Shown: positions 38,299 to 51,997 of the stretch, piece by piece
Layout: each line of letters opens with the position of its first letter
Position numbering within the stretch: the first letter of the stretch is position 1
Source: Dendrobates tinctorius
Lineage: Eukaryota
Direction: 5' to 3'
Assembly: GCF_039654945.1 (NCBI RefSeq)
Contig: NW_027362202.1
Location: 186,001 to 250,000, forward strand
DNA: 64,000 nucleotides
Notes under the pieces: model-generated
Told to the model about the DNA's origin: nothing
Databases searched by the model: none
What the model saw: the letters and a program-made list of their open reading frames with translations, nothing else
Made by a program: the position numbers and the translations under genes

Positions 38299-39305
38299 AT
38301 TTAGACTCCCGTTCAAAATCTCAGTCTTTACTGAACAGTAGCTTGGATAGGGTTATGGGTACAGTGTCTTATGAACATTTCCTTCACAGTGAAAATCATT
38401 TTCACACAGTGTTCTACGGTAATCAATTCCAGGGCCTGTGAAGGTTTCACCCTACTTCACAGCCTAGCTTATCACTACAGCCCTGATCTGCAAGTCTCTC
38501 TACCTGCTCAATGGTCCCACGTACTATTTCTTCCACTACTGGTGCCCTGGATCTGGCTCAGGACCACCCACTAGTCCCACAAACTTAAACCTGTTTGGGT
38601 CAGTTAATTTTGGCATTTAGCAAGCTTAGGATTTATGATAAGTCGTCCTGTCCAGAGACCCCCTTAGAGGTGGGAGGACGTTGTCTCGTCTTCAGTCACT
38701 TGCAGGTCGCACTACTCCCTAGTCTCCTTTTCTTAGTTCACCCAACAGCACTGCTCAGTCATTTCCTACTCAAACTTGTCGCCATCTGCATAACTACAGG
38801 AAGCAATCACTTCCCCCAACACCAATCCTCTCCCACTATGGGTTAGTCCCAAACATTAACTCCAGTCACTATCTATGCTACTTGCCTTAACCTAAGCCTT
38901 ATCCTATACACTACCAACATGACACATTACATTAAAAAAAAAAAAAAATAAAAATAATGATGACACAATATGTGCAAAAGACACATTACACTATACAGAC
39001 ACACTGGAATTGGCGTCTTCAGGGGTATGAACCCGACAGCCCAGTCGACACCCCCTATATTGGTATACTATATGTATGTAGCTTGATTGGGTTGTATATT
39101 GCGCAAATTTTTAATTAGCTTTTGAGTCATCTGAACTATTCCACTAAGCCATTTTCTATGAATCCACACATTATTGCATCTGAATTTTTATAAGCCAAAT
39201 GCTACACTAATGGGCAATAATTCACAAAAAAAATAATGGGATCCAGTAGTGCCTCAAAATTATGCCCAAACAAATTTGGTGGAAGAAAATGATAGTTTTA
39301 ATTAC

Positions 39306-39401
39306 CTGACTTTTAAATTCATCATCCTCGATTTCTCGGAGGTTAATGAGAACATTGAAATAAGCTCCAAAGACTCCAGCCTCTAAAGCTTTAGCTGCCA
39401 C
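39306..39401 (-). CDS. FTCD: FTCD exon 13, 96 bp
   Basis: [32 protein letters not shown]; TAG acceptor and GTAAT donor. Confidence 0.96.
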
Positions 39402-39628
39402 CTAATTAAAGAGAATAAATCCAGTCACAGATGTACCAAAATAAAAGATGAAAATGCAATAAAAAATTAAAAGCACAAAAAAACAAACAAAAAAAAAAAA
39501 CAACGTGTGGAATATTCTAATAACGTCTCCTCTTCTTGACACAAGAACTAAGGTTTTTATCAGCATTAGCCCAATGCATTGTATGATACTTACACAAAAG
39601 TGGAAACTACTACATTTCATGTCAGTAC

Positions 39629-39767
39629 CTGCAAGTCAGATATACATGATATATTGCCGCATTTTGACAGCTCCAACAGTGGCTTCCACAAGGTGCTTAT
39701 TTTCTCAGCAAGACTTAGGGGCACACCAACGGCCTCCTTAAGGCCATTCTGAAGAGCCTGGAAACGT
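39629..39767 (-). CDS. FTCD: FTCD exon 12, 139 bp
   Basis: RFQALQNGLKEAVGVPLSLAEKISTLWKPLLELSKCGNISCISDLQ; CAG acceptor and GT donor. Confidence 0.96.
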
Positions 39768-40207
39768 CTGGAGAAAAAGAATGGATGAGCTTGAGGCCTT
39801 TGTTAAATATCCATATTAAAACTCACAGGCACGGAAGCCGGATATGAATAGCTGAAGTACATATAAAACGTTGTTGGCTAGAAAAATCTCTCTCCTACAC
39901 TAGCCTTATCCCCCCCAATGGCTTTTATTTTATGGTTTACCACTATCCAAATGAAATGCTTAGCTACTTACCAGTAGCGGTGTTTTTCAGGAGCACACGA
40001 CAGCACCACGAGAGAGGGGGATCCACCCTTCGGGGACAGGAAACCTATAGGCACAAAAAGGGCAGCCCTCTCCCCCGCTTCAGTTGGATTACAGAGCATA
40101 AGAGGACCTCCCTGGTTAGTAGCAATATAATATATATATATATATATTTTACACAAACGATGATTAAATACTTTTTACACCCGTGACTAAGATCTAACTT
40201 CCGAGGG

Positions 40208-43200
40208 AAAAATAGGTATTAGACCTACCGCTAATGATGTTTCCAGGAGTCCATCCTGACAGCACCATGGAGGATGTCCTCCTCCTCCTCCTTACAGGGA
40301 CAGGAAAAGCACACGAGAGGTTAAAAGGTCATGTCCCACCCCCTTTCCCTCAGTGATTTAACAAGTACCACAAGGTGGATGATGCTAGTAACAGTTTAAT
40401 GAAACAATCATATTACAGCATATGACGACATATAATACAACGTAGTATAACATAACAGGGAGGGAACTACCCGTGCTGTCAGGATGGACTCCTGGAAACA
40501 TCATTACCGGTAGGTCTAATACCTATTTTCCAGGACGTCCACCTGACAGCACCATGGAGAGTACCAAAGCACCTCCTCAGGGTGGGATTACCGCCTGGAG
40601 AACTTTTCTCCCAAATGCGGTCTGCTGACCAGCTAACACATCAAGCTTGTAGTGCTTGCAGAATGTATTAAGGTTGGCCCAGGTTGCTGCTCTACAGATC
40701 TGATCAACCGAGGCCCCCACCCGTTCCGCCCATGAGGCCGATACCGCCCTCGTAGAGTGGGCCTTTATGGAATCTGGCAGGCTGGCGCCTTCGGCTTGGT
40801 AGGCGTCAGAGATTACTGAGGTAATCCAGCACGCGATGGAGGCCTTAGAGGCCTTTTTCCCCCCTTTATTTTTGCCTCCAAAAAGAATGAACAGGTTTGG
40901 GTCGATGCGCCAGCTATTGGTGGCCTCTAGATAGTCTAGAACTGCGCGCCTCACATCCAGCGAGTGAAGACGCCGTTCCTTTTTATTACGGGGATTGTCA
41001 CAGAACGATGGTAACACTATCTCTTGGTTTAGATTCTTTGCGGAGGCTACCTTTGGGGTAAATGCCGGGTCTAACCTTAGGATTATACGGTCATCTCTTA
41101 TCTGAAGATATGGGTCCTTAGTGGACAGGGCCTGGATCGCCCCTATTCTTTTGGCCGTGGTAATGGCTACTAAGGCGGCCGTTTTACGAGTGAGAACAGG
41201 GATGGTTATTTTCTCGCTGAGGGCGTAGGGTTCCGTACAGAGAAACCTGAGTACCAGGCCCAGGTCCCAAGGCGGGGTGAGCTGCCTAATCGTGGGGCGC
41301 AGGCGCTGCGTGGCTCTTATAAATCTGATTATCCAGGGATGTGAGGCTAGCCGGTAGTCGAAGAAGGCGCTCAAGGCTGAAATCTGTACTTTGAGTGCTG
41401 TGCTTAAAGCCTTTATTAAAACCTGCCTGCAAAAAATTTAGTATACTAGGGAGGTCGGGGGTGCCCGCCCCGAGATCGGACCTGCCACCTTCCAGACAGA
41501 ATCTTTTCCATATCTTTTGGTAGATTGCAGATGTCACTGGTTTCCTACTGGCCTGTAGGGTGGATATGACCTGATCCGACAATCCCTTTGCCTTCAGGAT
41601 GTCCCTCTCAGGATCCAAGCCGATAGGTGGAGTCTTGCTGGGTTTGGGTGGTAGATCGGGCCCTGGTGGATGATGTCCTTCCGCAGGGGTAGCTCGACTG
41701 GGTTTCCTACTGCCATGGCCCCTAGAAGAGGGAACCAGCTTCTCTTTGGCCAGTATGGAACGATCAACATCACTCTTGCGTGGTCCTCGCGTATCTTCCT
41801 GAGCACTGCCGGTATGAGAGCCAGTGGTGGGAATGCATAAGCGAGGGATTCTCCCCAAGTCTGGCTCAGGGCATCTACACCTTCCGGGTGGTCCGTCGGA
41901 TTCAGGGAATAGAATCTGGGGACCTTCGAGTTCTTTCGGCTTGCGAAAAGATCTATACTGGGGGTCCCCCAACCCTGACAGAGATGGTCGAAGATCTCTT
42001 CGTTCAGTTCCCACTCTGTCGGGTGGATCCGTTGTCTGCTCAAGTAATCTGCTACTTCGTTCTGAGATCCTTCTAGGTGTACTGCGGTCACAGATCGGAC
42101 TGTTCGCTCCGCCCACGCGAATATCTTTCCCGCTAGGGCCTGTAGTGGTTGATGTCTGGGCCCTCCCTGGTGCTTCAGGAATGCCACTGTCATATTGTCG
42201 GATAGTATGCGGACGTGACGATTCTTTACTACCGACTGGTTTCTTCACAACGCTTCCCAGACCGCGAAGAGCTCTCTGAAGTTGGAGGATCTGGTCCTGA
42301 TGTCTACTGGCCATCTCCCCTGGAAGATCTTCTCTTCTATGTGGGCTCCCCAACCCCACGCGCTGGCGTCTGTGGCGACTACCACATATGGAGAGGGTGT
42401 CCATAGTACGCCCACCTGAAGGTTTCTGGACTATGTCCACCACCGAAGGGATTCCCTTACTCTTTCTGGCAGCCTTAAGGGTCTGTCTAGCAATGCCTGA
42501 CTTCTGTCCCACCTCGCGAGGATCTCTTTCTGTAATGATCTCGAGTGGAATTGGGCCCATCGGACACACTGGATGCAGGCCGTCATGAGGCCCAAGACCT
42601 CCATTGCCTCTCTTATGGAGCATTGACGCCTCAACAGGTCTCTGGTTCTGGCTTGAATGGTCCTCTGCTTCTGCTCGGGTAGCCAAGATATTCTGTCGGC
42701 TGAGTCTAGAAGGACTCCAAGAAATACTTTCCTGGTCTCTGGCCTGAGGTCCGACTTCTCCCAATTGATCACCCAGCCAAGGAACTCCATTACGGTAATT
42801 GCTCAGTTTGTGTCGCGAATGAGCTCTTCTTTGGATCTTGCCACCAGTAGGAAGTCGTCTAGATATGGAATGATCACGATACCCTGATCTCTCAGGTAGG
42901 CCACCACTTCTAACACCAGCTTTGTAAAGATTCTGGGAGCTGAGGCCAACCCAAATGGAAGACACTGGAACTGGAAGTGGCAGGTCCAGGCCGGTAAACT
43001 AACCGCGAACCTTAGTAGCCTCTGAGATGAGGGATGGATAGGGACCTGGTAGTAAGCCTTTTTTAGGTCTAGGGTACACATGACGGCGTCCCTGTCTATT
43101 AAGAGGATTGCGGAACGGATCGATTCCATCCGAAATCTCTTGTACCTGACCCAGGCATTTAGCGGTTTCAGGTTTATGATGGTACGAGCCTCGCCCGATG

Positions 43201-45614
43201 GCTTTGTGATCGAAAACAGGGAAGAGTAGTGCCCTCTTCCTCTTTCTGTCGGGGGAACTGGTACTATGACCTTTGAGTCTACCATGTCCTGTAGATCTTT
43301 CCACATTGCGGAGTTCTCCAGGACAACAGTGGGGGCAATATATCTCTGGGGGGGGGGGGGAGGAGAATAAAGCTCTATGCTGTAGCCTTCCGCGATGGTT
43401 CTGAGGACCCATTGATTGTGGGCGACTCGGGACCAGTTTGTTGCGAAGTGGCGAAGTCTCCCCCCAATACCTATGGCGTCATTGCCTCCTTGATCTAGAT
43501 GTTGACGTGAATGGGGGACCCTTGTTCCTCCGACCTTGGCTGAAGGAGCTCCTATTGGACCTTGCCCGACCCCTGAATTCAGTCTGTCTCCTAGAAAAGG
43601 AGCCTCTCCGAAACCCTTATTTTTATCGGACACCAGCTCTAGAATGTTATCTAAGGCTGGCCCGAATACCCTCAGGCCCGAGAAAGGGATGGAGCATAGC
43701 TTAGTTTTAGAAGCGTTGTCCCCCGACCAGGATTTAAGCCAGACTGCTCTTCGGGCCGCATTAGAGAGGGAGCCGTTTCTGGCTGCAAACCTTACTGATT
43801 CGGCCGACGTATCCGATAGGAACGCCGTGGCCGATTTCATGAGAGGAAGAGACGCTAGGATCTCTGATCTAGGGGTCCTGTTGGTTAGGCGTTCCTCCAA
43901 CTGCCCCATCCACAAAAACATAGACCTGGCCACCGAGGTGGCTGCTATGTTGGCTCTAATAAGAGCCGCCGACGTCTCCCATGCTCTCTTTAACAAGACG
44001 TCCGCCTTCCTATCCATCGGGTCTTGAAGACCTGATGAGTCCTCGAATGGGATGGCCGTTTTTTTGGTAACCTTGGCGACTGGGACATTTTAGGGACTTC
44101 CCATGCCCGGGTTTCCTCGGGATCAAAAGGCAGTCTATTTTTAAAGTCTCGGGAGAGTATCAACCGACGTTCTGCCTCCTTCCACTCCTCCTGGACCATC
44201 GTTTTGATGTGTTCACTTACGGGGAACACCACCTGTTTCCTGGCCACTAGTCCTCCAAACATCAAGTCCTGTCTGGACTGTGGTTTAGGGACTTCTATTT
44301 GCATAGTGTTCCTGACTGCCTGGACCAACTCGTCCGTGTCCTCCAGTCTGAACAGGTACTTCCTGCTCTGATCCTGTCTGTCCCCCAGTATCTCGCCTTC
44401 TTCCTCCTGATCTGAGTCCCGGAAGTCAGACTCCTCACTAGGGCTTGCTTCCAACTCTGGGTCTGCCTCCCACCTTGGACGTTTGCGACTCGGCCCTGGG
44501 CTGGGGGACTGACGACGTGCGCAGCTGGCTGTAGAGACCCGGACTTCCTCCCTTATCAGCGATCTCATTTCGGCAAGGAGGGATGGCTGTTCCTCGCCTA
44601 TGACCCTTGAGGTACAGGGTCCGCATAGGGTCTTGTTATAGGTGTCTGGCAGCTTTACCCTGCATACGGGGCAGCGGACTGATTTGGAGGGGGCCTTTGC
44701 CGGGTCCTCCACCCCCAAGGGGGATTCTGCCGGGGTTACCTTCTCCTAATACAGAAGGGGCTCTACTTAGATCTGAGTTGTGGGGATGGATGGGGGAGGG
44801 TGGTCTGCGCTATGCGCACTTAACACTCCACCTGCTGGAGCGTTTCCTTCCATCCTGGCGCAGTCTGTAGAGCGCTATGGATCTCCGAAGTGTGCGCTGT
44901 GGCAGTAGCGCGCTCTGTGGACCTCAGGAGCACGCGCTGAGATTCAAGGCCGGCGTGTGACGTCACCGGATGTGATGCGCGACCTCTCGCGATAGGCCGC
45001 CCACTTCCTGCCCGGGCTGACCGCGCGGCTTCTGCCTGCTATGGCGGCCTGTTGGAGCAGTCGCTCCCCTCCCGGCGCCGACATCTTGTCGGCCGCCTGG
45101 CCTGCCGCCGCGGGGAGCTGACCCCCGCCTGCTGCAGCAGTCTGCTGTGTCTTTCTGCCACGGGGGCCCGGCCTTCGCCTGATATGGCGGACTGCTGGAG
45201 GCCTCGCTCCTGCCTCCCAGGGCCGCCCGCACCATCCTGTCGTCGGTGCCCGTTCGGCCAGCCGCCTACGGGGAGCCGACCATCGCCTCTATGGTGGTCC
45301 GTCCTGGAGCCTCCCATAGGGAGGAACGGCTCCCTCCAGGAGCGTCGTCCTGCTCCTGGCCTTTGGGGCAGAGGGACTCCCCCCTCGGAGAGTTTCGGCC
45401 CCGGGACCTCTTGACAGGGGAAGGCTTGGACTGGCCGTACGATCCCCTGAACCCCTCCAGTAAGTCTCTCGTGTGTCCCTCCATGCAGGGACAGGAAAAA
45501 CACTGAGGGAAAGGGGGTGGGACATGACCTTTTAACCTCTCGTGTACTTTTCCTGTCCCTGTAAGGAGGAGGAGGACGTCCTCCATGGTGCTGTCAGGTG
45601 GACGTCCTGGAAAA
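40208..45614 (-). mobile_element. DIRS1-type element E (distinct family), full length with few lesions
   Basis: ITRs about 40208-40356 and 45501-45614, ICR 40473-40559, gag with CxxC..CxxC at 43990-44745, RT YLDD, MT-like DLFAS..AFPP, YR 40577 onward (TAKR, HSTR, HY), and a long overlapping ORF 41286-42965. Confidence 0.96.
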
Positions 45615-46308
45615 TATGTTTTCCTCTTGTGACAGCAGAAAGCCGCAATGACTGAGACCAGGTCGGAGGCAGACTGCTGCAACTCTATCCTGCCTGGAAG
45701 GACATTTCAAATAGCTACTGGATCCTTAGCGTCATTAAACCGGGGCTTAAATTTGAGTTCCGAGAAACGACTATCGATCGATTTTGTTCGGACTCCTGTT
45801 CGTTCTTCCCTTGTGGAACAACGGGCGTTAGAGTCCGGGAACTTCAGCAGAAGGGTGTCCTGGTGAAAGTTCCAGAGGTTCAGAGAGGTAAAGGTTTTTA
45901 CTCCCCCCTCTTCTTGGTCAAGAAACCTGATGGTTCCTTCCATACCATCATAAACCTTAAAGGCCTCAATAAATTTATTTTCATACGCACCTTCAAAATG
46001 GAATCTGTTAAATCTGCCATAAAGTTACTATTTAACAGATGCTTCATGGTGGTGATAGACCTTAAAGACGCCTATTATCATGTCCCGATACATACAGATC
46101 ATCAGCGTTTCCTAAGAGTAGCAGTTTCGTTGGGGGGGGGGGGGGGACTTTAAACATCTTCCAATTCAGAGTACTCCCCTTCGGGGTGGCGGTCGCACCA
46201 TGAGTTTTCACTAAGATAATGGTGAAGGTTATGGCCCATTTACACGAACAGGATATTCTCATGATCCCCCATTTAGATGACCTGTTGATTGTGGGAGACT
46301 CAGAGCTA

Positions 46309-46633
46309 GGCCCTGTGCGGATACTGCCGCGGATCTGCAGCAGAACTGCAGGTGATGTACAGTACCATTAAACACTATGGAAAAAAAGAAAACCCGCTGT
46401 GCACATGCTGCGGATTTTTCCGCACGATTTTCGTGCGGAAAAAAGCAACATGTGACTTTGGTGCGGTTTTCCACCTACTCCACTATAGGAATCTGCAGGT
46501 GGAAAACCGCACGAAAACCGCAAAAAAACAGGAAGAAATCCGCAGGAGAAATGCAGGTCATTTGACCTGCGGATTTCGTGAATTCTGCACAAAAAAAATG
46601 CATGCACAGAATACGCACCGTGTGCACATAGCC
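46309..46633. mobile_element. Harbinger-type MITE inserted in the RT of element D
   Basis: TIRs GGCCCTGTGC and GCACATAGCC; CTA/TTA TSD. Removing it restores the frame HLDDLLIVGDSELHCTAQLQKVV. A related MITE lies at about 52265-52558. Confidence 0.85.
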
Positions 46634-49600
46634 TTACATTGCACCGCACAATTACAGAAAGTAGTAGCCAGCCTCCAACACTTGGGATGGATCATTAATT
46701 TAAAAAAAATCATGATTGAAACCCATGGAGACGCAGCAGTTCCTTGGTCCGCTAATAGATTCCAGGTTGCAAGAGTGTCGCTTACCGGAAACAAAGGTGG
46801 GCAGTATTCAGCGGCAAACACTCAGGGCAATACAGAACCCTTCGGTCACTCTAAGGGGTGCAATGTCATTATTGGGCTCACTCACTTCATGTATACCAGC
46901 GGTTCTTTGGGCCTAATACCACACCAGGTCCCTGCAGTGGGATGTATTACACAATACTTGCCAGTTAGGTCACTTAGAGGAAATTTTACTCTGTCCCAAG
47001 AGGCGATTCATTCCCTAAGGTGGTGGACTCACAGACCAAACCTGTGTAGAGGGGTCCCTTGGATAAATCAGATCTCCCGAATCATATCCACAGATGCTAG
47101 CCCCAGGGGTTGGGGGGCATATATGGGGAGATGTGGATCCAAGGGGTATGGTCACCATAGGAGCAGGACTACACATCTAATATAAAGGAGTTGTTAGCAG
47201 TAGAATGGGCCTTAAGTGGCTTCCTTATGTCCCTACAGGGCCGGCATGCCAGGGTTCTCTCAGACAATCAGGTAACTGTGGCTTACGTTAGTCATTAAGG
47301 GGGAACGTGCTCCAGGGCTTTAATGGAGGTGGCAAATCATATCTTTCAGATAGCCGAAGTTCTTCTGCTATCCCTTACAGCCCTCCATCTAAAAGGGGAA
47401 AAAACAATATTACAACCGACTTCTTAAGCCGCAACAGACTCAGGTAAGGAGAGTGGGTTCTAAACAGGGCCGTCTTCGAACAGATCGTGCACATGTGGGG
47501 GTCTCCAGAAATAGACCTGTTCGCCAACAGGAAAGACAGGCAATTGCATCAGTTTTGTTTGCTGGACCCCAGAGAAGACCCGCTTGCAGTAGACTCTCTC
47601 CTAATCCCGTGGAACTTTGGTCTGGCTTACGCCTCCCCCCCCCCACCCACTGAATTTAATTCCAATAGTGCTAAGGAAGATCCGGGAAGACAAGGCACTC
47701 ACGATCCTGATAGTCCCATTCTGGCCCAGGAGGCCATGGTTTAAATTGGCCGAGGAAGATGTCAGTGACCCAGCCATGGATTCTCCCAGATCTCCTGTCC
47801 TAGGGTCCAGTATTCCACCCGCACGTATCCAATCTACATTTAGCGGCGTGGAATTTGAGGGGGCACTACTGAGTAGAAAAGGCTTCCCTCAGGAGTTGGT
47901 CAACACCCTATTAAAGAGTAGGAAACCTTCCACGACAAATATCTACGTAAAAATTTGGAAAAGATTCTTGTCAGCCTCTGGGGCGGAGATCGAATCCGTA
48001 TTGGTCAAGTTTTAGAGTTCCTGCAGAAGGGTTTAGAGATGGGTCTGGCTACAAGCACGCTTAGAGTCCAGGTCTCGGCCCTACGGGCATTGTATAACTG
48101 TAACCTAGCGAGCAACTACTGGGTATCCAGATTCATAAAGGCAGCGTCTAGATCTAGGCCCATCATTAAAAGGAAACTAGTCCCATGGGATCTGAACTTA
48201 GTGTTATCAGCTCTAACAGAAGCCCCGTTTGATCCTATTGATTCTGCCCCTATTAAGGTCCTATCCTTCAAAACTGACCTACTGGTCGCATTGACATCAG
48301 CCAGGAGAGTTAGCGATTTGCAGGCTCTCTAGACTCTCCCCGTATACCCAGTTTAAGGAAGATAGTCATTCTAAGACCAGACCCCTTGTATTTGCCTAAG
48401 GTCGCCTCAAAGTTCCACAGGCTGCAGGAATAGTCCTTCCCTCCTTCTGCCCAGACCCTACTAGCCAGTCAGAGAGAACTTCACTCTTTAGACATAAATA
48501 GATGTCTCCTTGCTTACATTAGGGCCACAGACCCCTGGAAGAAGGACAAATCCCTATTAGTTTCCTTTCAGGGCGTTAGGAAAGGGCTTAGGGTATCCAA
48601 AAACACTTTAGCCAGGTGGATTAGGGAGGCAATTTCTCTAGCTTATACGGCAGGTGGTGCAGAAGCTCCGGAAGGCGTAAGAGCACACTCCACTTGGGCT
48701 GTGGCGACATCATGGGCGGAGTGCTCAGAAGTATCCATTGAGGACATTTGTAAGGCAGCTAACTGGTCATCTACATTCACGTTCTTTAAACACTATAGAT
48801 TGGATTTAGTCGACTCCTCCGATCTCACACTTGGGAGAAAGGTGCTTGAGGCTGCTATCCCTCCCTAGGCTCTTTACATCTCTGTAATTCTCTCGTGGTG
48901 CTTTCGTGGCGACTAAATAAATGCTTAGCTACTAACCGGTAGCGGTGTTTTTCAGGAGCACACGACAGCACCTTTCTAATCCCTCCCTTTCTCAGTTTTC
49001 TTTCTCAAGTATGGATCAGCACCTATCCTCTACCTTTCCTCCTGCCGGTATTGTCCCTCGATCTCTGTTTGACCTTCTCCTGTCAAACCACCTTCTTCTA
49101 TAATCTCACCTGTAAAAGGGTCTTCCTAAGTAGGGGAACCGTTTTTTTGTTTTTTTTTACAGTCGCCCACCTTCTCCAAGAGCTCGTCTAGTACCGAGCC
49201 AAACAGGTGTTCCCTTCACAAGGGATGTTGCACAATTTCGACCTGGCCTGCATATTCCCTGGCCAACACTTCAGCCATAAGGCCCTGCGGGCGACATTAG
49301 GCAAAGTTGCTGATCTGGCAGCAAGCCTTACAGAGTCTGCTGATGCATCCGAGAGGAATGATGCCACCTCCTGAATCATAGGGATAGAGGATAGAATTTC
49401 TTCCCTAGGGGCCTTGTCCCTGAGCTGTTCCTCTAGGCGGTCTAGCCACACCATCATAGACCGGGCTGTACATGTGGCTACAATAGCTGGCCTAAGATCT
49501 TGCTGAAGTTTCCCACGACCCTTTTAGGAACACGTCAGCCCTTCTGTCTAGTGGATCTTTCAGACTCCCCAAATCCTCGATTGGCAGAGTGGTTTTTTTG

Positions 49601-51675
49601 CAGGCCTTGGCTACCGCCGCATCCAGCTTTGGTGCTTTATCCCATGCGGCTGATGCTGACTCCTCAAATGGGTATTTCCACTTAAATGCTGACGGCAAGG
49701 AACCCTTCCTTTCTGTTTTCTTCCACTCCCAAGAAATCAGGAAATTTATTTTGTCAATAACTGGGAAGGACCTACGCGATTTCCTATCCAGTCCTTTAAA
49801 CATAAGATCCTGAATGGAACTTTCTGCCTGGGGCTCCTCGAGCCCCATAGTGGTGTTGACTGCTTTTACTAGCCAGTTAATCTGGTCCGGCGGAAAACAA
49901 GGACGACCAGCTCGTCTCTGAGGATGACGAGAATGAAGGGCATGAATCCGATAACAGCTCTCCTGAATCGCTCCCTGAGTCTGAACACTGGAGCCCGGGT
50001 CCCACTTCTCTAACCCGTCCTTCCCGTGGTCAGGCTCTGACTGAACCCTTAATCTCCTGTCTAACCAACTCTCTCAGGGTGGTGGACAGGTCTGGGGTTT
50101 CTTCTGCTATTAGGTTCTGGATGCAGGGTCTGCAAAGTTTCTTCCCATGGCCATCAGGGAGAGGAACGCCACACTCCCTGTGTTTGGTTTTAGCAGAACT
50201 TTTGTCCCTGCTTAATTTGGAGAGGGGGAACATAAGGGGAAGTGTGTGTGTGTGTTGATGTGTCTCTGTGGCCTGAGGACCTGCCGGACTTATCCTTCTC
50301 CTTGTGGGCACTTTTAGCTTCTGCAGGGCGGCTACTGCCACTAGACCACTGCTGAGAAGCTGAGGCCGATCCAATGATGCCGCTGATGCATGCTCTGAGG
50401 AATCCATTTTGCGTAATGGCATTGAAGCCTCTAGGCGCCTACGCAGCCTCCTTACATAGGCCGGCCTCACCCAATGGTACCTGCCCCCAGTGGGGCCAGT
50501 AGGCGGATCCGGGTGGCCTGCCCGGTACTATGCGCATAGGGGATTTAACCATATCCCCCGCCCCCCCCACGGCGCCCATCCGTGGGTTTCAGTGCCTCCC
50601 CCTGTCCACTGACACTATGCAGCACGGCATCCCGGAGGCCTGCGTCGCCGGCCCCACCACACGTGCCCGGCCGCGTCATCAGGGACTGCCTTTTCCGACA
50701 TGTCACGGCCGCCGCGCGACGGTGACACGCCGAGGCCGCCGGCTCCCAGACGGAGAAGCATCGCCCCGGACGCCGCCTGGAGGCCCCACCAGGAGAAGGG
50801 AGGCTCCCACGCGTGTACTTACCTGTACACATGGCGATGGGCCCCCTAAAGACAACTTTCCCCCAGGAGGGCGCCTTCGTGCTGCTGCCTCACGGACAGT
50901 CCCCCTGTCGTGGGCACTTCCAGAAGACCGGGGAGCCGTCACAGGGGCCCTCCCGCTGCTAGACCCGACCCCACGGCCCTGGGATCCTTACATAAAGTGA
51001 CGAGGTATATGCCGAGGTTCAGGAAACCAACTGAAGCGGGGGGAGAGGGCAGCCTTTTTGTGCCTATAGGTTTCCTGTCCCCGAAGGGCAGATCCCCTCT
51101 CGTGGTGGTGTTGTGGCGACTGAATAAAATAAAGTAACAAAAAACGCTAATGAGAGCCGCCAACTTTTTTTTTTTTATAAAAAACACACAGTTGTTCAGT
51201 CTGGGGCTACACAGTGAAAGTTGCTGCCATACAATCCATGTCAAAGAAAAAATTTGCAGCTTGAAAGCAAAATTGTTACCATGATTCTGTCTCAGAGCTG
51301 AAAAAAAAAAAAAAAAAAAAACCTAATTGCAAAGCATGAGACGATATGAGAACGCAACTCGATTGACTGACGATCACTGTGTAGTTCTAGACATGTCAAA
51401 TACCACATTGCTTTTTTTATTTTACAGCCTGGAAGAACAGGTCACAAAAACTGAAATTTCTGCAAATGAATGTCCAAAAATGCACCGAAGAGGTAGTTTG
51501 GGCCAAAATCTGAAAATACAAAGCTTAACACACCCAAGAAAGGACCCAACACAGGAGATAATGGGTCTCAAAAGTATATATGTTACTATTTTGTGCACCC
51601 CCGGTTATTAACCCTATACTATGAGGTCAATACAGAGACAGGTTGTGCGCTACAGTAGTAATCATTTATACTTAC

Positions 51676-51719
51676 TTCTGTTGTTGTTCTTCCGTGTCTT
51701 TGGGAAGCTTTAGTGCAGC
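51676..51719 (-). CDS. FTCD: FTCD exon 11, 44 bp
   Basis: AALKLPKDTEEQQQ(K); CAG acceptor and GTAAGT donor. Confidence 0.94.
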
Positions 51720-51835
51720 CTGCAGAGGGGGGACACCAAATGGAAATTAGAGTGTAAGAGAAGATCAGACTTAATGGCGTTAGGAATTGGAGTTCAAACA
51801 GAGCTAGAGTCAAAATACATTTAAAAATAAATTAC

Positions 51836-51997
51836 CATATAGCTTCCAAATGCATTGGAGTCTGAGTCTACGAGAGCCAGCAACTGATCGACTGCATGAT
51901 GAAAAGAGGGAATCAACTCTCTCATCGCTCCATCCAAAGATTCAAATTGACGTTTTCCGTAAGTCATCTGCCCCACCATACATCCTAGTGCCGCTCC
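51836..51997 (-). CDS. FTCD: FTCD exon 10, 162 bp
   Basis: [54 protein letters not shown]; TAG acceptor and GTAAT donor. Confidence 0.96.

Larger units (their letters stand above)
39954..51128 (-). mobile_element. DIRS1-type element D in FTCD intron 11, with an internal inversion (about 40188-49021) and nested element E
   Basis: 3' ITR 39954-40088, 5' ITR about 51027-51128, gag on minus at about 49025-50410. RT/RH/MT/YR (45650-48868) and ICR (48890-48972) are on the plus strand. Confidence 0.92.
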
